From an uncultured delta proteobacterium (lineage in GTDB: Bacteria; Desulfobacterota; Desulfobacteria; Desulfobacterales; UBA11574): a stretch of 64,000 nucleotides of DNA. The position numbers and the translations under genes were made by a program. The stretch is from NCBI GenBank assembly GCA_963790095.1, contig CAWBNO010000022.1:1985-65984 (forward strand), given 5' to 3'. How positions within the stretch are numbered: position 1 is the first letter of the stretch; every line of letters starts with the position of its first letter. Under the pieces are notes generated by a model that ran no database searches, had not been told where the DNA came from, and saw only the letters and a list, made by a program, of their open reading frames with translations. This document shows, in pieces, positions 36,816-46,400 of the stretch.

Positions 36816-39800
36816 ATGTCCAAAGATGTAATCGGATCGGTACTGGTAGTGGGAGGCGGAATAACAGGAATGCAATCTGCTTTGGATTTAGCGGATTCCG
36901 GGTTTTATGTCCACCTCGCGGAAAAGTCACCGGCCATCGGCGGCATAATGTCACAACTGGACAAGACCTTTCCCACCAATGACTGTGCCATGTGAATTAT
37001 CTCACCCAAACTGGTCGAGGTCGGCCGGCACATTAACATAGAGCTCCACACCATCACCGAGGTTAAGGAAATATCCGGCGAAGCCGGTAATTTTAAGGTC
37101 ACCCTGAACAAAGGTGCGCGATATATCGATCTTGACAAATGTACGGGGTGCGGAGATTGTACCGAAGTTTGCCCGGTCAGTCTTCCCAGTTTTTACGATG
37201 AGCGACTCATCGACCGGAAAGCGGTGTATAAGCCTTATGCACAGGCCGTACCCGGAGCCTATTCCATAGACAAAAGAGATTCTTCCCCCTGTACCCATGC
37301 CTGTCCGAACCATGTAAATGCTCACGGATATGTGGCCATGATTGCACAGGGAAAATATACGGAGGCCCTGGAGGTTATCACACGGACCCTGCCGCTGCCG
37401 GGTGTTCTCGGTCGGATCTGTCCCCATCCGTGCGAAGACGGGTGCCGACGGAAAGACGTGGATGAACCGATCTCCATCTGCACTCTCAAACGTTTTGCAG
37501 CGGACCAGGTTGATATCCATGACCTTCCCTTGACCGAGATCACGCCAAGGGACGAAAAGATCGCAATCATTGGCGCCGGACCTGCCGGCCTCACCGCGGC
37601 CTATTTTCTGGCACAAGATGGTTTCAAGGTGACCATTTTCGAGGCCCTTCCTGTGGCCGGCGGCATGCTCAGAGTCGGAATTCCGGATTACAGGCTCCCA
37701 CCGGATGTTCTTGAAAAAGAGATCGAGTGGATCACCCGGCTCGGCGTCGAGATAAAATTCAATACAGCCCTTGGACGAGACATGACCATCGATAGCTTGA
37801 TGGACGACGGGTACCAATCGGTTTATCTCGCCGTCGGCTGTCATGCCAATATGAAACTTAACATCCCCAACGAAGATACCGAAGGTGTCATCCCCGGCGT
37901 TAAATTCTTAAGAGATGCAGCACTTGGCGACATCAAAGACGTCAAGGGGAATGTCGCCATCGTCGGCGGCGGGGATGTGGCAATCGATGCTGCGAGATCA
38001 GCGTTACGCCTGGGTGCGGACACCGTCAGCATCCTTTACCGGCGGACCCTTACAGAAATGCCGGCTCGGGCAGAGGAGATCGAAGATGCCCTCGAAGAAG
38101 GGGTCGATATTCAGTTCCTTATGGCCCCGATGGAGGTAATGGAAAAAGACGGTAAAGCCGTGGGTCTCAAATGCATAAAAATGAAATTGGGAGCCCCGGA
38201 TAAAAGCGGCCGTCGTCGCCCGGTTCCGGTTGAAGGAAGTGAATTTGTCGTCGATACGGATGTTATCATACCGGCCATCGGCCAGCGTACCGACACGGCG
38301 TTTCTTAACGGCTCAACCGGTGTCGATCTGGACCGATGGAACAACATCGACGTCGATCCGGTGAGCTTCGAAACCACCAGAAAAGGCGTGTTTGCAGGGG
38401 GTGATGCCCAGACCGGCGCTTGGATCGCCATTGGAGCGGTGGCTGCCGGACGGGAGGCCGCAATTTCCATATCCAGATATCTCGATGGCGCAGATTTAAA
38501 AGAAGGGCGAAAACCCATTGAAATTCCCCAGAAAAATTTCAACCCCATCGATAAAAATATCCCAAAGGTTAAAAGGGCCAAAATGCCCAGAATTTCCATG
38601 GAAGCCCGGAAAACAACCTTTGACGAGGTTGAACGGGGTTTGAGTGAAGCCGCGGCGGTGACCGAGGCCAAAAAATGCCTGAACTGCATGGTATGCTGTG
38701 AGTGTCTCGAATGTGTAAAGGTTTGTAAGGCCGAAGCACTGACCCTCAAAACCCATTCCCAAAAGGATGAACCGATAGAGATCCAGGTGGGTTCCATCAT
38801 TTTGACGCCGGGGGGTGCACCCTATGATCCTGCCCGGCACGACATCTACGGATACACCAAACATCCCAACGTGGTGACGTCCATGGAGTTCGAGCGGATT
38901 CTTTCGGCTTCCGGACCCTATGGCGGGCATATGGTAAGACCCTCGGATCATAAAGAGCCGAAAAAAATAGCCTGGCTCCAGTGCATCGGGTCCAGGGATG
39001 TCCATGTGGGTGCCAATGGCTACTGCTCAGGGGTGTGCTGTACGTACGCCATCAAAGAAGCCATGCTGGCCAAAGAGCACAGCAGCGAAGACCTGGATGC
39101 AGCCGTTTTTTATATCGACATCCGCACCTACGGGAAAGACTTCGAAAGATACTACAACCGTGCCAAGGATGAACTGGGGGTTCGGTTCGTCAAATCCAAA
39201 GTGTCCCGTATCGACCCGGATGAAGAGACGGGGATGCAGATTATCCGGTATGTGGACGAGACCGGCAGGCGTGTGGAAGAAGAATTTGACATGGTGGTCC
39301 TGTCCGTGGGCCTGACAGCATCGATGGAAACAACCGCCCAGGCAAAAAAATGGGGCATCGATCTGGATCATTACAACTTTGCCAGCAGCAGCAGCTTTGA
39401 TCCGGTTCAGACGTCCAGGGCCGGCATATATGCCTGCGGTATTTTTCAAGCCCCCAAAGATATCCCGTCTTCGGTGATCGATTCCAGCGCTGCTGCGGGT
39501 GTGGCCGGCAGCAGGTTGGCCGAGTCTCGGTGGACCCTCACAAAAACCAGAGAAGTCCCCGACGAAACGGATGTCCGGGGAGACCCGCCCCGGATCGGTG
39601 TTTTTGTCTGCCGATGCGGAACCAATATCGCGGGAATCGTCGATGTCCCTGAAGTTGCGGAGTTTGCAAAAGACCTCCCCGGCGTTGCCCACGTAGAGGA
39701 GAACATGTTCAGCTGCTCCCAGGACACACAGGATAAGATGACCGAGGTCATTAAAGCGCACCGACTGAATCGGGTGGTGGTTGCCGCCTGTACCCCAAAG

Positions 39801-41264
39801 ACCCACGAGCCTTTATTTCAAGAGACCTTAATTAACGCCGGTATCAACAAGTATCTGTTTGAGATGGCCAACATTCGGAACCAGTGTTCGTGGGTTCATA
39901 AAGACGACCCGGCCAAGGCCACTGAAAAGTCGAAAGATATTCTCAGGATGGCCGTTGCCAAGGCCATGCTTCAGGAACCGTTGTCGGAATCGACCATGGA
40001 GATCCACCCGTCGGCTTTGGTTGTCGGCGGCGGGGTTTCGGGAATGGCAGCGGCCAAAAATCTGTCGGAACAGGGATATCAGGTATTTCTGGTTGAAAAG
40101 ACCGATGCCCTCGGGGGGCAAGCGCGTCATCTCCATGAAACCTGGCGGGGTGAGGACATTCAGGAATATTTGACAAGTTTAACGGCTGCGGTTCAGTCCG
40201 ATGATAACATAACGGTCGTTCTAAATGCCGAGATTACCCATGTTGACGGATTTGTGGGGAACTTTAAAACCACCGTCTCCTGCAACGGCGAAGACAACGT
40301 CCTGGAGCACGGCGTGACCATCATTGCCTCGGGGGCGTCGGAATTCAAGCCCGACGGATATCTATACCCAGAAGACGCCCGCGTGGTAACAGGCCTGGAG
40401 CTTCAGCAGCGGTTTATCGACAAGGACCCGTCCATCGATCAAATCGACACGGCGGTGTTTGTTCAGTGTGTGGGCTCCAGAATCCCGGACAGACCCTACT
40501 GTTCCAAGGTCTGCTGCACACAATCCATTAAGAGCGCGCTGAAACTTAAAGAAACCAACCCGAAAATGGACGTTTTTATTCTTTACAGGGATTTACGCCC
40601 CTATGGTCTCAGGGAAGATCTTTACCGCCGAGCGCGCACCGAAGGCATTGTATTCATCCGCTATGACTCGGGAAAAGACCTCCACGTGGCTACGGAAGAC
40701 GGGGAGCTCAAGGTCAGTTTCACCGACCGGGTTCTGGGACGGATGATGGAGATACGGCCTGAACTTTTGGTCCTGGCTTCGGCCATTGTTCCGGATTCAA
40801 AAAACCCCCTGGCCCAGATGTATAAGATCCCCCAGAATGCCGATGGATTTTTTGCCGAAGCCCATGTCAAACTACGGCCAATGGATTTTGCCACGGACGG
40901 TGTTTTCGTGTGCGGACTGGCCCATGCGCCCAAACCCATCGATGAATCCATCGTTCAGGGGGAGGCCGCCGCTTCCCGTGCCGTAACAGTATTGGCCAAA
41001 GGGGTGTTCCAGACCAGCGGCATTGTCGCTGAAACAAACCCTGCCCACTGCAGTTCCTGCGGGGTATGTGTTTCCGAATGTCCTTATTCAGCACCCAGTT
41101 TTATTGAAGAGGGACCTTTTACCGGAAAAACCCGGATCAATCCGGTTCTGTGTAAAGGCTGCGGTCTCTGCGTCGCCTCTTGTCGATCCGGCGCCATTCA
41201 CCTCAAAGGATTCGACAATGATCAGATCTTTGCACAGATCTTTGCATTGAATGAGGCGGTATAA
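36816..41264 (+). CDS. hdrA: HdrL-type heterodisulfide reductase subunit A-like flavoprotein with an inserted GltD/NfnB-like NAD(P)H module; selenocysteine encoded by TGA at 36993-36995
   Basis: ATG 36816 (AGGAG 9 nt upstream) gives [29 protein letters not shown]...[24 protein letters not shown]... This is in frame with and continuous into track ORF 37224..41264. The Sec sits where HdrA homologs carry Cys/Sec. Total about 1482 codons. Confidence 0.85.
37011..37028 (+). promoter_or_regulatory. Candidate SECIS hairpin CUGGUC-GAGGUC-GGCCGG, 15 nt downstream of the hdrA UGA
   Basis: Folded by eye only. The GGUC-containing loop resembles bacterial SECIS apical loops. Confidence 0.3.
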
Positions 41265-41325
41265 TCGTTATTCTGTCTTTTTCGTAACAGATTTTGTTTA
41301 AATACAATCATGGGCGGCTCAAAGA

Positions 41326-41440
41326 AATGCCTAAAATTAAAATCGCCTAAATTGTTTGAAGTTTAGGATGGCAATGATTCAACAAAATGAAGAATTCCAA
41401 AATCTTCGTCTATTTTAAACTTTGCTTCACTTTAGGGACT
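41326..41440 (+). repeat. Family G-like hairpin element in the hdrA-mvhD spacer
   Basis: atgcctaaaattaaaatcgcctaaattgtttgaagtttagg ... ttttaaactttgcttcactttaggg. The arm type matches family G and the centre differs. Confidence 0.5.
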
Positions 41441-41474
41441 TCCCCGGTTTATCCGGGTTAGGAGAATTCTTAAT

Positions 41475-41906
41475 ATGTCAGACTGGGAACCCAAAATCGT
41501 CAGTTTCTTATGCAACTGGTGCAGTTATGGTGCCGCTGATCTTGCAGGGGTCAGCAGGATGGAATATCCGCCGAACATCCGGGTGATCAGAATTCCTTGT
41601 ACAGGTCGGATGAGCCCGAAATTCATTCTGGCTGCCTTCAGACAGGGCGCGGACGGCGTATGGGTGTCCGGGTGACATCCCGGAGATTGCCATTACCTGG
41701 AAGGTAATTACTATGCACGCAGAAAATTTGCTTTATTTAAAAACTTCATCGAATATATGGGGATCGAACCCGGTCGCCTCCATTTTTCATGGATCTCCTC
41801 TGCAGAATCGGTAAAATTTGTGGATGTGGCCAAAGAGACCGTGGAGGCAGTCAAAGCCCTTGGACCGAACAACAATTTTATAAAAACAAAAGCTAAGGTC
41901 GCTTAA
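41475..41906 (+). CDS. mvhD: MvhD/FlxD-like (methyl-viologen-reducing hydrogenase delta subunit family) selenoprotein; TGA at 41673-41675 read as Sec
   Basis: Track ORF ...GADGVWVSG stops at TGA. The same frame continues [18 protein letters not shown]... to TAA 41904-41906. The family motif is G-C-x-x-G-D-C-H-Y, so Sec replaces the first Cys. Confidence 0.8.
41692..41708 (+). promoter_or_regulatory. Candidate SECIS hairpin AUUACC-UGGAA-GGUAAU downstream of the mvhD UGA
   Basis: Perfect 6-bp stem read directly, 16 nt after the UGA. Confidence 0.3.
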
Positions 41907-41907
41907 C

Positions 41908-42855
41908 ATGTTCGCCTACATAGAAAAAATCAAAGAAATATCGAATCGGCTGTTAAAAGAATCCAAGGTTGATCTCATTGTCGGCTTCAGAAAAGGAACG
42001 GTACCGATGATGAACGAACCTTGTTTTGCAAAAACCCCGGAAGATGTTGACGGTTTGGTATGGGACAGCAGTTGCGGAATCAATCTGGCGAACTACCTTG
42101 CCAACAGAAAGGAAAAAATCGGTATTGTTTCAAAGGGGTGCGATTCCAGAAACATCGTGACCCATATTATCGAAAATAAAATCAAACGGGATCAGGTCGT
42201 AATTATCGGCGTCCCCTGCAAAGGAATGATCGACCGGCACAAAATCGAAGCCATGTTTGATACCGAAATCGAGGCGGTCACCGAGGCCGACGGCCGAATA
42301 AATATCAAGGGCGACGGTGTTGATAAAATCATCGATAAAAAAGATGTCCTCCAGCAAAACTGCACCATCTGTACCCACCGCAACCCGGTCATCTACGATG
42401 AACTTGCCGCCGATCTTGTCGAAGAGCAGACCGATGTGGACAAGTACGAGGATGTTCGCAGAATTGAAGACATGACACCCGAAGAGAAATGGGAATATTT
42501 CGAGGATCTTCTCTCGACGTGTATCCGCTGCTATGCCTGTAGAAATGCATGCCCACTCTGCTATTGTCCCACCTGTTTTGTGGATGAGTCACAGCCCCAG
42601 TGGGTGGGCAAAAGTCAAAACCCCACAGACATAAGGACGTTTCACTTTTTACGAGCATATCATTGTGCCGGTCGGTGCACCGACTGCGGGGCATGTGAGC
42701 GTGCCTGTCCAATGGGAATTAAGGTCAGACTCTTAACAAAGAAACTGGAAAAAGACTGCCTTGAGCTGTTCGACTGGGAGTCCGGTTTGACCCTGGAAAA
42801 AAGGCCGCCTCTGGATACTTACAGACCCGATGATCCGGATGATTTTATTAAATAG
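41908..42855 (+). CDS. Fe-S protein with two 4Fe-4S motifs (FlxC/AsrA-like partner of HdrA-MvhD)
   Basis: 315 aa with CIRCYACRNACPLCYCPTC and CTDCGACERACP. The start is 1 nt after the mvhD stop. Confidence 0.7.
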   Translation: MFAYIEKIKEISNRLLKESKVDLIVGFRKGTVPMMNEPCFAKTPEDVDGLVWDSSCGINLANYLANRKEKIGIVSKGCDSRNIVTHIIENKIKRDQVVIIGVPCKGMIDRHKIEAMFDTEIEAVTEADGRINIKGDGVDKIIDKKDVLQQNCTICTHRNPVIYDELAADLVEEQTDVDKYEDVRRIEDMTPEEKWEYFEDLLSTCIRCYACRNACPLCYCPTCFVDESQPQWVGKSQNPTDIRTFHFLRAYHCAGRCTDCGACERACPMGIKVRLLTKKLEKDCLELFDWESGLTLEKRPPLDTYRPDDPDDFIK

Positions 42856-42919
42856 TGTCCATCCACAATTGTTAAATGGGCACATTACGTTTCCAATTCA
42901 TAAATGAGCAATTTTTGTT

Positions 42920-43001
42920 CGGATCAAGGCCGCACAAGGGTTTTCGGTGAGGCATACTCCCTGTATGCCGCAGCCGGAAACTCACGGAGAACGCAGATCC
43001 G
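42920..43001 (+). ncRNA. Candidate structured RNA (nested stems) inside the 285-nt intra-cluster gap
   Basis: P1 CGGATC/GATCCG (42920-25/42996-43001), P2 GTGAG/CTCAC, P3 GCATAC-tccct-GTATGC (42952-42968). Folded by eye, and no known family was recognised. Confidence 0.25.
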
Positions 43002-43139
43002 GGCAAAAAGAGCCATTTATGGATGGAAACTAAATAGGTATTGGACATGGTCCATCGTCATGGGGCATTATCCGTTTGTAAAAAGAATGTATGAGCCCAC
43101 AACACGTGACTCCTGGCAAAAAAGATAAAGGCACATACC

Positions 43140-44186
43140 ATGAACGTCATAAAAATCGATAAAAAGAACTGGGCTGAAGGGCTGAAACGTTTGGCAGATA
43201 AATTTCAATTATTCGGTCCGGTTCAGAAGGATGAGTTTCATATTTTTAAGGAACTCCATAAAGATGAGCTTCCGGATCTGAGTTTGCAAAACACACGGCT
43301 TTCTCCAAAATCGGTGGTTTACCCCCAGTCGGAAACCCTGTTCGAATACACTCTGGATGAAAAACAGGAAGATCATCACATTTTAAAAGAAATTGATAAA
43401 GACACTTCGCCCCGGGCCGTCGTCGGCATCCGACCGTGTGATGCCAAAGCATTTCTCCTGGTAAAACGGAACTTTGATACACCCGAATATAAAGACCCTT
43501 ACTGGATCAACGCTTACGAAGCCACCACCTGGATCGGATATGCCTGCAATACGCCGTGCCGCAACTGCTTCTGTACCACGGCCGGATGCGGACCGTTTCA
43601 TGAAGAAGGACTGGATGTTCTCCTGGTCGATGCAGCGGATCATTATCTCGCCAAAATTATCAGTGAAAAGGGAAAAGAATTCATCACAGCGGCCGGCTGG
43701 GACATGGCAGACGAGGCCGGTGATTTGGAAGAACAGATTCAAACCCTAAAACAGGCTGCGGAAACGAAAATAACCGTCCGGGTTTCCACGGACAAATTAA
43801 AGGATAAAGATACCACAGCGCTTTTTGAAGCATCTTTTTGGGAAGATGTGGCGTTTGCCTGTATCAATTGTGGAACCTGCACCTATGCGTGTCCCACGTG
43901 TTGGTGTTTCGATATTCAAGACGAAACCTTCGGATCTTCCGGCACCCGCATTCGCAATTGGGACAGCTGCATGTATCCGCTGTTTACCCATCACGGATCC
44001 GGACACAATCCCAGGGACATGAAAATGCAGCGGGTCCGCCAGCGTTTCATGCACAAACTGAAATATTACGTCGACAAATATGCAAACGGCATTCAATGTG
44101 TAGGCTGCGGGCGATGCATCCGTCTCTGCCCGGTGAATATCGATATCCGTAAGGTTTGCGATTTGATGAACAGTTATGAACTTTAG
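43140..44186 (+). CDS. AsrA/HydB-like Fe-S subunit (FlxB-like)
   Basis: 348 aa with CINCGTCTYACPTCWCFD and CVGCGRCIRLCPVNI. Confidence 0.75.
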   Translation: MNVIKIDKKNWAEGLKRLADKFQLFGPVQKDEFHIFKELHKDELPDLSLQNTRLSPKSVVYPQSETLFEYTLDEKQEDHHILKEIDKDTSPRAVVGIRPCDAKAFLLVKRNFDTPEYKDPYWINAYEATTWIGYACNTPCRNCFCTTAGCGPFHEEGLDVLLVDAADHYLAKIISEKGKEFITAAGWDMADEAGDLEEQIQTLKQAAETKITVRVSTDKLKDKDTTALFEASFWEDVAFACINCGTCTYACPTCWCFDIQDETFGSSGTRIRNWDSCMYPLFTHHGSGHNPRDMKMQRVRQRFMHKLKYYVDKYANGIQCVGCGRCIRLCPVNIDIRKVCDLMNSYEL

Positions 44187-44269
44187 GACTGACTTCGTGA
44201 CTGAATTATCAACAACAGTTTTGTCCTTCAAAACAAACCCGGTTTCAAACGAGCTTCAAGTTTGATTAA

Positions 44270-44440
44270 ATTTTATTCTGGAAACTGTTTGAGTGGTTTA
44301 GGGCTTGTTATGAAAGAACCATCGTTGAATTAATTTAAAGCTAAAACGTTTTATCAAAGTACAAACCTTTATTAATGGCCTTGGCGAGTTCTTTTATTAC
44401 AAGCCCTTGTCCACGAGTTTTTTCAGAAAAAATTTAATTA
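44270..44440 (+). repeat. Hairpin repeat family H copy 3, inside the 340-nt spacer before the FAD subunit gene
   Basis: ctgtttgagtggtttagggcttgttatgaaagaacc pairs with gagttcttttattacaagcccttgtccacgag. Confidence 0.6.
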
Positions 44441-44528
44441 TACTTGAAGCGATAATATTTTTAAAAAGCTAAATTGCTGCTATTTTTATAAGACGATTCA
44501 ATATCAATCGTGAATTCTCAAAGGAGAA

Positions 44529-45380
44529 GTGGAAGTGCGAAATCCGTATTTGCCGTATCCGGTTCGTATAGATGAAATCATCACTGAAACCGAAGATAAA
44601 AATCTGAAAACATTTAAACTGGTCTTTATACATCCGGAGGACGAAGAAAAATTTAATTACCAGGCCGGTCAGTTTGCCGAGCTCTCGGTTGCCGGAAAAG
44701 GAGAAATTCCCATCGGCATCGCTTCATCTCCCACGGAAAAAGGGTTTTTAATGTTTACGGTCAACAAGGTGGGTCTGGTAACATCCCATCTTCACAATAT
44801 GAAGGCCGGAGATATCATGGGCGTCCGTGGACCTTTGGGAAACTGGTACCCCTGGGATATCATGGAAGGCAAGAACGTTGTCATTATCGGCGGCGGGTTT
44901 GCGTTTACCACCCTTCGCTCTTCCATCATATATATGCTGGATCCGGCCAACCGGCCAAAATTTAAAGATATCCATGTAATATACGGCGCCCGTACACCGG
45001 GCATGCTTCTTTACAGGGACGAACTGGCCCAATGGGAAAAACGCGACGATATCAACATGCATATTACGGTGGATGCTACGGACGATCCAGACTGGAAATA
45101 CAATATCGGCTTTGTCCCCACCATTACCAACCAGAAGGCCCCCCCCGGCAACCCGGACACCTATGCCATTGTCTGCGGACCTCCCATTATGATTAAGTTT
45201 ACCCAGCCGGTTTTGGATACCCTGGACTATTCCCATGATCATATTATCATGTCCCTTGAAATGCGCATGAAATGCGGCATCGGAATATGCGGCCGGTGCA
45301 ACATCGGTAAAGAATTCGTTTGTAAAGACGGTCCGGTCTTTACGCTGAACCAGCTGAATAATATGCCGAAAGAGTACTAA
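44529..45380 (+). CDS. AsrB/HydG/PyrK-like FAD/NAD(P)-binding subunit with C-terminal 2Fe-2S (FlxA-like)
   Basis: 283 aa with GGGFAFTTLRS and CGIGICGRCNIG. The GTG at 44535 is an equally plausible start (AGGAG 8 nt upstream). Confidence 0.8.
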   Translation: MEVRNPYLPYPVRIDEIITETEDKNLKTFKLVFIHPEDEEKFNYQAGQFAELSVAGKGEIPIGIASSPTEKGFLMFTVNKVGLVTSHLHNMKAGDIMGVRGPLGNWYPWDIMEGKNVVIIGGGFAFTTLRSSIIYMLDPANRPKFKDIHVIYGARTPGMLLYRDELAQWEKRDDINMHITVDATDDPDWKYNIGFVPTITNQKAPPGNPDTYAIVCGPPIMIKFTQPVLDTLDYSHDHIIMSLEMRMKCGIGICGRCNIGKEFVCKDGPVFTLNQLNNMPKEY

Positions 45381-45381
45381 T

Positions 45382-45560
45382 ACGTCTCGGAAATTCTACA
45401 ATTTATTGAAATTAAAGGTTTTTTAATAGCTTCTGGTTTATGCTTCTTCCATGGAATATTGGAATAGTGGAATGCTGGGACGAAGGAACAAAATCAATCT
45501 GATTCCTTCAGTAACCCATTATTCCATTGTTCCATCATTCCAATTGTGAGCCAAGCGAAC
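45382..45560 (+). repeat. Repeat family E copy 5 (tail plus GGAAT arms, no GC module)
   Basis: acgtctcggaaattctacaattt begins 1 nt after the TAA stop ... ggaatattggaatagtggaatgctggg ... cccattattccattgttccatcattccaattg. Confidence 0.8.
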
Positions 45561-45680
45561 TAACTTGAATATCTTCAACACCCAATTCACCTAAAAGTCG
45601 TGACTTTTTAAAAACAGGTGTTATTTTGTGGTATAAACAAAATTGATTCTGAGCATAAATCAGCAAAGAAGGTAATATTT

Positions 45681-46118
45681 ATGGCCACCGAAGAAGGCAT
45701 TGTGATTAAAACCGATTCCCAAACAGCATGGGTGAAAACCACCAAAACCGGTGCATGTAAGGCGTGTTCGGCAAGGAGCTCCTGCCAGAGCCTGGGCGGC
45801 GGTAAGGAAATGGAGGTGGAAGCAATTAATCGTGCAGGGGCGAAAGTGGGCCAGAAGGTGGTGCTGAGTTTTGACACGTCCCCGTTGCTAAAAGCCACGT
45901 TTCTGCTTTACGTGTTTCCCATTATTGCCATGGTCGTCGGCGCTTTTATCGGTCAGAAGATGGCTGCTTTTTGGAATTTCGACACGTCCATGGTCTCTGC
46001 AATTATGGGATTTTCATTTTTTGGGCTTACACTCCTCTTCGTTCGATCAAAGGGAAACAAGCTGGCCCAAAAAGACGAATACCAGCCGAAAATCATCAGG
46101 ATTATCCGGCAGTCATAG
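45681..46118 (+). CDS. rseC: RseC/MucC-family (SoxR-reducing system) membrane protein
   Basis: MATEEGIVIKTDSQTAWVKTTKTGACKACSARSSCQ followed by two TM helices. The start is reset to ATG 45681. Confidence 0.7.
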   Translation: MATEEGIVIKTDSQTAWVKTTKTGACKACSARSSCQSLGGGKEMEVEAINRAGAKVGQKVVLSFDTSPLLKATFLLYVFPIIAMVVGAFIGQKMAAFWNFDTSMVSAIMGFSFFGLTLLFVRSKGNKLAQKDEYQPKIIRIIRQS

Positions 46119-46251
46119 GGGGCTTATTCTATTGAGGTCTTAGCCTTTCTGCACCAGGATTTCAGATCACAAGGTCACGGTGTTGCAGAACATGAACTTG
46201 CCCGGTTGAAATCTCCAAAATTCCAACGGGCGGTCCGCTGACATACAATTT

Positions 46252-46398
46252 GTAGAGACCTTTGAAAAAGGTTCATTTTTGTTCAAGTTCAAGGAAGACG
46301 AAAATTTTAACCACAGGAATACATAGCGTATTTCGAGGTTTATAATTTGAAACCTGACGCAGAAATTGGGCAAAAAGGGGCGTTTTGCTAAGGTCTCT
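46252..46398 (+). repeat. Repeat family J copy 2: duplicate of the upstream region plus first ~14 codons of gene 13745..14233
   Basis: gagacctttgaaaaaggttcatttttgttcaagttcaaggaagacgaaaattttaaccacaggaatac...tttgaaacctgacgcagaaattgggcaaaaaggggcgttttgctaaggtctct. Confidence 0.75.
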
Positions 46399-46400
46399 CG

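Noticed and set aside
37002-37844. 280-aa minus-strand ORF, together with 38111..38800, 38496..39005 and 39027..39806, all inside hdrA
   Set aside because: They are antisense to a strongly supported 1482-codon gene. Their composition is Gly/Arg/Pro-rich, as expected from reading a GC-biased gene backwards, and no motifs are present.
42904-43128. 74-aa ORF in the gap between the two Fe-S subunit genes
   Set aside because: It is basic and Trp-rich, has no SD and shows no family resemblance. The region is treated as non-coding, possibly structured RNA.
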